Source: an uncultured Actinomycetes bacterium (GTDB lineage Bacteria; Actinomycetota; Thermoleophilia; UBA2241). Taken from it: a DNA stretch of 64,000 bases. The stretch is taken from positions 64,001-128,000 of the forward strand of contig CAVYCN010000010.1 in NCBI GenBank assembly GCA_963767005.1. Reading direction: 5' to 3'. Shown in pieces: positions 57,506 through 64,000 of the stretch. Below the pieces are notes generated by a model that was given only the letters and a program-made list of their open reading frames with translations, had not been told where the DNA came from and did not search any database. Positions within the stretch are counted from its first letter, which is position 1. Each line of letters begins with the position of its first letter. The translations under genes and the position numbers were made by a program.

Positions 57506-58732
57506 ATGAGCGACACCGCCAGCAGCCAACCCGGCCACGGTCCGGCACCCACCGGGCCCGCTCCCGCCGACGCGAGCGGCGTGGGCAGCGGCCTCGACCC
57601 CACGGCCGACGGCCTCGCCGCCGCCGACGCCGTGGCGCGCGAGCCGCGGCGGCGCCGCGGTCTGCTCGACGCCGGCACCCCGCGCGTCGTCGCCTGGGAG
57701 GTCACCCGCAGCTGCAACCTGTCCTGCGCGCACTGCCGCGCGTCGGCTGCGCACGGGCCGTACGAGGGCGAGCTCTCGACCGCCGAGTGTCTCGAGCTCG
57801 TCGCGCAGATCGCCGCCGTGGGCAAGCCGATCCTCATCCTCACCGGCGGCGAGCCGCTCTTGCGCGACGATGTCTTCACGATCGCCGCGGCCGCCCGCGA
57901 CGCCGGTCTGCGGCCGGTCATGGCGCCCAACGGCACGCTCGTCACGGCCGCCGCCGCGGCCCGCATGAAGGCCGCCGGCATCGGCCGCATCAGCGTCTCC
58001 ATCGACTTTCCCGACGCCGCGGCGCACGACCGCTTCCGCGGCTGTCCCGGCGCCTTCGACGCGGCCCTCGTCGGCATGCGCAACGCCCAGGACGCCGGCG
58101 TCGAGTTCCAGTTGAACGCAACGATCACGCGCCTGAACGTCGCCGAGCTGCCCCGCCTGGTGGCGCTGGCAGAGGAGCTCGGCGCGGTCAGCTTCCACCC
58201 CTTCATGCTGGTGCCGACCGGGCGCGGCAAGGAGCTTGCCGAGCAGGAGCTCGCGCCCGACGACTACGAGGCCGCGCTCAACTGGATCTACGACGCGCAG
58301 CGCTCGTCGCCGCTGTTCTTCAAGCCCACCGACGTGCCGCACTACTGGCGCGTCATGCGCCAACGGGCGCGGGCCGACGGCATGGCGCTCCAGGTCCATC
58401 CGCACGCCCACGGCGGCCTGGACACGCTGAGTCGCGGCTGCCTCGCCGGCGTGGGTTTCTGCTTCGTGTCGCACGTCGGCGACGTGCAGCCCTGCGGCTA
58501 CTTCGACCGGTCGGCCGGCAACGTGCGGCGCGCCTCGTTCGGCGACATCTGGCGGGACTCCGCTTTGTTCGCCGACCTGCGCGACCTGGCGGCGCTCAAG
58601 GGCAAGTGCGGCGCCTGCGACTTCAAGCGCGTCTGCGGCGGCTGCCGGGCGCGGGCCTACGAGCGTACCGGCGACTACCTGGCCGAGGAGCCCTACTGCG
58701 CCTACCTGCCGCCGGGCTGGCCACCGGCCTGA
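57506..58732 (+). CDS. ahbD: Radical SAM/SPASM heme b synthase (Fe-coproporphyrin III decarboxylase), AhbD-like
   Basis: PRVVAWEVTRSCNLSCAHCRA..GPYEGELST, ILTGGEPLLR, HPFMLVPTGRG; SPASM cysteines RGCLAG, QPCGY, GKCGACDFKRVCGGCRARA, EEPYC. Confidence 0.78.
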   Translation: MSDTASSQPGHGPAPTGPAPADASGVGSGLDPTADGLAAADAVAREPRRRRGLLDAGTPRVVAWEVTRSCNLSCAHCRASAAHGPYEGELSTAECLELVAQIAAVGKPILILTGGEPLLRDDVFTIAAAARDAGLRPVMAPNGTLVTAAAAARMKAAGIGRISVSIDFPDAAAHDRFRGCPGAFDAALVGMRNAQDAGVEFQLNATITRLNVAELPRLVALAEELGAVSFHPFMLVPTGRGKELAEQELAPDDYEAALNWIYDAQRSSPLFFKPTDVPHYWRVMRQRARADGMALQVHPHAHGGLDTLSRGCLAGVGFCFVSHVGDVQPCGYFDRSAGNVRRASFGDIWRDSALFADLRDLAALKGKCGACDFKRVCGGCRARAYERTGDYLAEEPYCAYLPPGWPPA

Positions 58733-58759
58733 GGCGCGCCGCACGACGCGGCGCCCGCC

Positions 58760-59212
58760 TCAGAAGTGGTACTCGAGCTGGAGCGACTCGTCGACGAAGC
58801 CGTGCTTGCGATACAGCGCGGCCGCAGGGTCGTTGCCGAACATGGTCGAGACGGCCGCCTCGCGGCAACCGGCGGCGCGGAACCGCCGCAGCGCCTCGAG
58901 CAGCAGGGCGTCGCCGACGCCGCGGCCGCGGGCGCTCGCCGTCACGATGAGCTCGTCGACGTAGCCCCAGCGGCCGCCGTGGAACAGGCCGGGGCGCATG
59001 AAGTAGGTGAGGGCGCCGATCGTGCGGCCGCCGAGCTCGGCCACGAGCACGCCGCTGTCGGGGTGGTCCTGGTAGGCCAGCACCTGCGCGGCGTCGACGC
59101 CGCTCTCGACGTCTTCGCCTTCGGCCAGCTCGCGGATGAGCTCGGCGACGGCCGCGGCCTCGTCGCCGCGGGCGTCGCGCACCAGGATGTCAGACGGCGA
59201 CGAACCGGCCAT
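58760..59212 (-). CDS. GNAT family N-acetyltransferase
   Basis: VDELIVTASARGRGVG and N..AAALYRKHGF. Confidence 0.85.
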   Translation of the reverse strand: MAGSSPSDILVRDARGDEAAAVAELIRELAEGEDVESGVDAAQVLAYQDHPDSGVLVAELGGRTIGALTYFMRPGLFHGGRWGYVDELIVTASARGRGVGDALLLEALRRFRAAGCREAAVSTMFGNDPAAALYRKHGFVDESLQLEYHF

Positions 59213-59264
59213 GGGCGCCCTCCAACAGCGGGGAATCATGGTTGCCGTGGCCCGGCACAGTAAT

Positions 59265-59282
59265 ATGTACTCTAAATCACAA
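59265..59282. promoter_or_regulatory. Possible imperfect Rex operator
   Basis: aTGTactctaaaTCACAA versus consensus TTGTGAA-N4-TTCACAA, in an AT-rich patch upstream of hemL-rex. Confidence 0.4.
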
Positions 59283-59420
59283 GTCCGCCAAGGAACTACG
59301 TTACTGGCGCTCAGGCTTGCGTGACTTCGTTGCGCGCCTGGTCCGCCAAAGGACTACGTCGATGGCGCTCGGGCCGGGAGTGACCTGATCGAGCGCCTGG
59401 TCCGCCGCTTGGGGAGGGGT

Positions 59421-60707
59421 GTGGGCACCGACACGTCGGCGCGCCTGTTCGACGAGGCCAGGCGCTTCATTCCGGGTGGGGTCAACTCGCCCGTCCGCGC
59501 GATGCAGGGCGTCGGCATGCCGCACCCCCTGTTCATCGAGCGGGCGAGCGGCGCGCACGTGTGGGACGCCGACGGCAACGAGCTCGTCGACCTCGTCTCG
59601 TCGTGGGGTCCCATGATCCTGGGCTGGGGCCGGCCCGAGGTCGTCGCCGCGCTGCACGAGCAGGTCGAGCGCGGCACCAGCTTCGGCGCGCCGACCGCGC
59701 TCGAGGTCGAGCTCGCGCGGCTCGTCTGCGAGGCGGTGCCCTCGGTCGAGCTGGTGCGCATGGTCAACTCGGGCACCGAGGCGACCATGAGCGCGCTGCG
59801 CGTCGCGCGGGGCTTCACCGGCCGCGACAAGGTGGTCAAGTTCGTGGGCTGCTACCACGGCCACGCCGACCCGTTCCTCGCGGCCGCCGGCAGCGGCGTG
59901 CTCACGCTGGCGCTGCCCGACAGTCCCGGCGTGACCAAGGGCACGACCGAGGACACCCTGCTCGTCGAGTTCAACGACGCGGCCGGCCTGAGCGAGCTCT
60001 TCGCCGCGCGTGGCGACGAGATCGCCTGCGTGATCGTCGAGCCGGTCGCCGGCAACATGGGCGTGGTACCGCCCGAGCCCGGCTTTCTCGAGACCGCCCG
60101 CCGGCTGTGCACCGACGCCGGCGCCCTGCTTATCTTCGACGAGGTCATCACCGGCTTCCGCGTGGCCTGGGGCGGCGCCCAGGCGCGCTTCGATGTGACG
60201 CCCGACCTGACGACGCTCGGCAAGATCATCGGCGGCGGCCTGCCGGTCGGCGCCTTCGGCGGCCGGCGCGAGATCATGGAGACGGTGGCGCCGCTCGGCG
60301 CCACCTACCAGGCAGGCACGCTGTCGGGCAACCCGCTCGCTATGGCGGCTGGCGTCGCCACGCTGCGCGTGCTGGCCGAGCCCGGCACCTACGAGCGCCT
60401 CGAGACGCGCGCCCTGCAGCTCTGCGAGCCGCTCGTCGAGGCCGCGCTCGCGGCCGGCGCGGCGGTCACGCTCAACCGCGTCGGCGCGATGATGACGCTG
60501 TTCTTCTGCGAAGGTCCGGTGCGCGATTTCGCCGGCGCGCGGCGCGCCGACACGGCGCTCTACGCGCGCTGGTTCCGGCACATGCTCGCGCACGGCGTGT
60601 ACGTGGCGCCCTCGCAGTTCGAGGCGGCGATGGTCTCGCTCGCCCTGACCGACGCCGACACGGCCGCCGTGGCGGACGCGGCGGCGTCGTTCTTCGCGGG
60701 CCTGTAG
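59421..60707 (+). CDS. hemL: Glutamate-1-semialdehyde 2,1-aminomutase
   Basis: [64 protein letters not shown]. Confidence 0.97.
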   Translation: MGTDTSARLFDEARRFIPGGVNSPVRAMQGVGMPHPLFIERASGAHVWDADGNELVDLVSSWGPMILGWGRPEVVAALHEQVERGTSFGAPTALEVELARLVCEAVPSVELVRMVNSGTEATMSALRVARGFTGRDKVVKFVGCYHGHADPFLAAAGSGVLTLALPDSPGVTKGTTEDTLLVEFNDAAGLSELFAARGDEIACVIVEPVAGNMGVVPPEPGFLETARRLCTDAGALLIFDEVITGFRVAWGGAQARFDVTPDLTTLGKIIGGGLPVGAFGGRREIMETVAPLGATYQAGTLSGNPLAMAAGVATLRVLAEPGTYERLETRALQLCEPLVEAALAAGAAVTLNRVGAMMTLFFCEGPVRDFAGARRADTALYARWFRHMLAHGVYVAPSQFEAAMVSLALTDADTAAVADAAASFFAGL

Positions 60708-60709
60708 CG

Positions 60710-61366
60710 GTGGCGCGCCCCCTCGACAAGAGCCTTGTGCCGGCGGTCACCGTGCCGCGCCTCAGCATGTACCTGCGCAAGCTGCGCGAGCTGCAGGCGC
60801 GCGGGGTCGAGCGCGTGTCGTCGAAGCAGCTCGCCGAGATGATCGACCTGAACGCCGCCCAGATCCGCAAGGACTTCTCGTACTTCGGCGAGTTCGGGAC
60901 ACGCGGCGTCGGGTACGAGGTCGAGCGCCTGGTCGACGAGATCAAGCGCTGCCTGGGCCTCGAGCGCTCCTGGAACGTGATCATCGTCGGCGCCGGCTCG
61001 CTGGGCACCGCCCTCGCCCGCTACCGGGGCTTCGCCGAGCAGGGCTTCCGCCTGATCGCCATGTTCGACGCCTCGCGCCGCAAGGTGGGAGCGAGCTTCG
61101 GCGACGGGCGCACGGTGCGCGACGTCGCCGGCCTCGAGGCCTTCTGCCGCGAAGAGCCGGTCGACATCGCGATCGTGGCCGTGCCGGCCCACGCCGCCCA
61201 GTCGATCATCGACCGCCTCACCGGCCTCGAGCCCGAGCGTCGCGTGCGCGCCGTCCTCAACTTCGCGCCGGTCAAGGTGTTCGCGCCGCGCGACGTCGTC
61301 GTGCGCCAGGTCGACTTCTCGAGCGAGCTCATGTTCCTGTCGTTCTACCTCGACCGCGAGGCCTGA
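60710..61366 (+). CDS. rex: Redox-sensing transcriptional repressor Rex
   Basis: RLSMYLR, VSSKQLA, AQIRKDFSYFGEFGTRGVGY, VGAGSLG.AL, LNFAP. Confidence 0.95.
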   Translation: MARPLDKSLVPAVTVPRLSMYLRKLRELQARGVERVSSKQLAEMIDLNAAQIRKDFSYFGEFGTRGVGYEVERLVDEIKRCLGLERSWNVIIVGAGSLGTALARYRGFAEQGFRLIAMFDASRRKVGASFGDGRTVRDVAGLEAFCREEPVDIAIVAVPAHAAQSIIDRLTGLEPERRVRAVLNFAPVKVFAPRDVVVRQVDFSSELMFLSFYLDREA

Positions 61367-61370
61367 GGCC

Positions 61371-62018
61371 GTGGACGAGCAGGCGATCCGCGAAGCGCTG
61401 CGGGCGGCGGCGGCGCCGTTTGCGACGGCGCCGCCGCCGCCCGCCCTCGATCTCGTCTACGCCCCGCTGTTCCGCGCCCTGGCTCCGACGGGCGCCGCGG
61501 CGCACGCGCTGGCCCTCGAGTTCGTCTACGAGGGCTACCTCGCCCACTACCGCGCGCCGCGCGTGCTCGCGCCCGGCACGACGCTCTCCACCCGACTGCT
61601 CGCCGGCGACCACTTCGACGCGAGCGGCTTGCGCCTGGTCGCCCGTCAGGGCGACCTCGACGCGGTCAAGCTGCTGACGAAGCTGATGGCGAGCCTGTCC
61701 TGGCTGCGCGCCGAGCAGCATCCGTTCGCCTACGACGACGACCTGTGGGCGCTGTGCGTGGCCGGCATCGCGTCGGCCGCGGCGGGCGGCAACGCGGTCG
61801 CCGCGCTGCACGCCTTCGGCGAGGTCGGCCGGCTCTACGAGCGCGACCGCGTCCAGCGCCTGCCCGATCTGGTGCGGCGCTCGGCGGCGTCGCTGTGGCT
61901 GCGCGACCCGGCGCCGCTGCGCGCCGCGCTGCGACTCGACGACGCCGAGAGCGCCCCGCCGGCCGGCCCCGAGCCGCCGGCCGCCGACGACGTCCTGCCC
62001 GGCGAGGCGGCGCTGTGA
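61371..62018 (+). CDS. Hypothetical protein with degenerate trans-prenyl-diphosphate synthase-like motifs
   Basis: ALEFVYEGYLAHY...LLAGDHFDASGL; GTGA overlap with the downstream decarboxylase gene. Confidence 0.65.
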   Translation: MDEQAIREALRAAAAPFATAPPPPALDLVYAPLFRALAPTGAAAHALALEFVYEGYLAHYRAPRVLAPGTTLSTRLLAGDHFDASGLRLVARQGDLDAVKLLTKLMASLSWLRAEQHPFAYDDDLWALCVAGIASAAAGGNAVAALHAFGEVGRLYERDRVQRLPDLVRRSAASLWLRDPAPLRAALRLDDAESAPPAGPEPPAADDVLPGEAAL

Positions 62019-63490
62019 GCCTGCGCGACTTCGTCGAGCTGCTGCGCCGCGAGGGCGAGCTCGCCGTCGTGTCGGCGCCGGTCGACCCCTACCTCGAGAT
62101 GGCCGAGATCGCCGACCGGGCAAGCAAGGCGCAGGGGCCGGCGCTGCTCTTCGAGCGGCCCGAGCCCGCGACCGCGACCGGCGGTTCGCCGCCGGCCAAC
62201 GCCCACCGCGCGCGCGGGCCACTCCCGCCGGTGCTCATGAACCAGTTCGGCTCGTACCGGCGGCTCGAGCTCGCCCTGGGCGCGCCCCTCGACGAGATCG
62301 CCGGCCGCATCGCCGGGCTCGTCGAGCTCCAGGTCCCGCGTGGCCTCGTCGGCAAGGTCAAGGCCCTCGGTCAGCTCCGCGAGCTCGCCTCGTTCACGCC
62401 GAAGGTCGTCGGCAAGGCGGCGTTTCGCGAGGTCGTGGTCGAGCCGCCCGACCTCGCGCGCCTGCCGGTGCTCACCACCTGGCCGGGCGACGGCGGACCG
62501 TTCGTCACGCTGCCGGTCTGCGTCACCAAGGACGCCGAGGGCCGCCGCAACGCCGGCATGTACCGCCTGCAGGTCTACGACGGGCGCACGACCGGCATGC
62601 ACTGGCACGTGCATCACGACGGCGCCGCCAACTTCCGCGAGGCCGACGGCCGCCTCGAGGTGGCCGTCGCCCTGGGCACCGACCCGGCCGTCACCTACGC
62701 GGCCACGGCGCCGCTGCCGGCCGGCATCGACGAGCTCATGTTCGCCGGCTTCCTGCGCGGCCGGCCGGTCGAGCTTGCGGCCTGCTCCACGGTCGACCTC
62801 GAGGTGCCGGCCGACGCCGAGATCGTGCTCGAGGGCTACGTCGACAAAGGCGAGCTGCGTCGCGAGGGACCGTTCGGCGACCACACCGGGTACTACTCGC
62901 TCGCCGACGACTACCCCGTCTTCCACCTCACGGCGATGAGCATGCGGCGCGACGCGACCTACCCGGCGACGATCGTGGGGCGGCCGCCCATGGAGGACTG
63001 CTTCCTGGGCAAGGCCACCGAGCGCCTCTTCCTGCCGCTGCTGCGCCTGACCCTGCCCGAGATCGTCGACCTCGAGCTGCCCATCGAGGGCGTCTTCCAC
63101 GACTGCGCCGTCGTCTCGATCCGCAAGGCCTACCCGGGGCACGCGCGCAAGGTGATGAGCGCCGTCTGGGGCATGGGGCAGATGATGTTCACCAAGTTCG
63201 TCGTCGTGGTCGACGAGCACGTCGACGTGCACGACCCGCGCGAGGTCGCCTGGCGGGTCTTCAACAACGTCGACCCGCGGCGCGACACGATGATCGTCGA
63301 CGGGCCGCTCGACGTGCTCGACCACTCGAGCCCGACCGCCGGCCACGGCGCGAAGATGGGCATCGATGCCACCAAGACCTGGCCCGACGAGGGCCACCCG
63401 CGCGAGTGGCCCGACGAGCTCACCATGGACCCGGCGGTGAAGGCCCGGGTCGAGGCGCGCTGGGCGGAGCTCGGCCTGGACTTCCGGTAG
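62015..63490 (+). CDS. mqnL: UbiD-family menaquinone biosynthesis decarboxylase (futalosine pathway)
   Basis: VDPYLE, GPALLFE, WPGDGG, NAGMYRLQ, MHW, EGPFGDHTGYY, YPGHARKV, DVLDHS, KMGIDAT. Confidence 0.85.
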   Translation: MSLRDFVELLRREGELAVVSAPVDPYLEMAEIADRASKAQGPALLFERPEPATATGGSPPANAHRARGPLPPVLMNQFGSYRRLELALGAPLDEIAGRIAGLVELQVPRGLVGKVKALGQLRELASFTPKVVGKAAFREVVVEPPDLARLPVLTTWPGDGGPFVTLPVCVTKDAEGRRNAGMYRLQVYDGRTTGMHWHVHHDGAANFREADGRLEVAVALGTDPAVTYAATAPLPAGIDELMFAGFLRGRPVELAACSTVDLEVPADAEIVLEGYVDKGELRREGPFGDHTGYYSLADDYPVFHLTAMSMRRDATYPATIVGRPPMEDCFLGKATERLFLPLLRLTLPEIVDLELPIEGVFHDCAVVSIRKAYPGHARKVMSAVWGMGQMMFTKFVVVVDEHVDVHDPREVAWRVFNNVDPRRDTMIVDGPLDVLDHSSPTAGHGAKMGIDATKTWPDEGHPREWPDELTMDPAVKARVEARWAELGLDFR

Positions 63491-63496
63491 GCCGTC

Positions 63497-64000
63497 GTGG
63501 CGTCCGCGTCCCACTCGTCCGGCGCCCTGCGGCCGGCCCTGTTCGCCCGTCTCGTCAAGGTCGAGCACAGCGTCTACGCGCTGCCCTTCGCCTACGCCGG
63601 CGCCTTCCTCGCGGAGCGGCGCGTGCCGTCGTGGCAGACGCTCGTCTGGATCACGGTGGCGATGGTCGCGGCGCGCAGCGCGGCGATGGCCCTGAACCGC
63701 CTGATCGACGCCGGCATCGACGCCCGCAACCCGCGCACGGCACAGCGCGAGCTGCCCACCGGCCTGCTGTCGAAAGCCGAGGTCGTCGGCTTCACGGCCG
63801 CCTCGCTCGGCGTGCTCGTGCTGGCCGCCTTCTACCTGTCGCCGCCCTGCCGCTACCTGTGGCCGATCGTCGTCGTGGCTTTCATCGTCTACCCGTACAC
63901 CAAGCGCTTCACCTGGTTCTGCCACTACGCGCTCGGCCTCACCGACGGTCTCGCGCCGGCCGCCGCCTGGGTCGCGGTCTCGGGCCACATCGCGCTCGCG
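63497..64000 (+). CDS. mqnP: UbiA-family prenyltransferase (MqnP-like), truncated by the window end
   Basis: Manual translation: LVKVEHSVYALPFAY, AMVAARSAAMALNRLIDAGIDARNPRTAQRELP, YPYTKRFT. Not in the ORF track. Confidence 0.85.
   Translation, partial: MASASHSSGALRPALFARLVKVEHSVYALPFAYAGAFLAERRVPSWQTLVWITVAMVAARSAAMALNRLIDAGIDARNPRTAQRELPTGLLSKAEVVGFTAASLGVLVLAAFYLSPPCRYLWPIVVVAFIVYPYTKRFTWFCHYALGLTDGLAPAAAWVAVSGHIALA

Noticed and set aside
61835-63988. 717 aa minus-strand ORF
   Set aside because: Antisense shadow of the UbiD- and UbiA-family genes.

Overview
Very GC-rich bacterial chromosomal DNA. Gene content (rex next to hem genes, futalosine-pathway MqnL/MqnP-like genes, MoxR-DUF58-transglutaminase operon, L,D-transpeptidases) suggests Actinomycetota, plausibly class Thermoleophilia (inference only). 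About 41 CDS; I recognised no rRNA, tRNA, CRISPR array, transposase or integrase. The left third is a cell-envelope region: mltG, an L,D-transpeptidase and two giant repeat-rich secreted proteins (2401 aa Ig/invasin-repeat protein with a C-terminal DUF1566/C-type-lectin-like tip; 2975 aa beta-propeller + Ig-repeat protein). The middle holds a GT4, a DUF4091-like secreted hydrolase, a 1751 aa 7TM-PAS-4xGAF-HD-GYP-GGDEF-HD-GYP enzyme, a MoxR operon, a UvrD-like helicase, cobQ and a CtpA-like protease. The right end encodes heme (hemB, ahbD, hemL), rex and menaquinone genes. Main signals: (1) a recurring sigma-28 (FliA/WhiG)-type promoter motif (5-nt -35 box, N15-16, GCCGA) before 6-7 non-flagellar surface/signalling genes; (2) a basic ~100 aa domain shared by the 2975 aa protein and a propeller-Ig-PG-binding-L,D-transpeptidase, suggesting an undescribed surface-anchoring route; (3) a possible remote diversity-generating-retroelement (DGR) target at the tip of the 2401 aa protein; (4) a PATAN/DUF4388 protein fused to a degenerate small GTPase. 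All family calls are by eye from motifs; no database searches were run.
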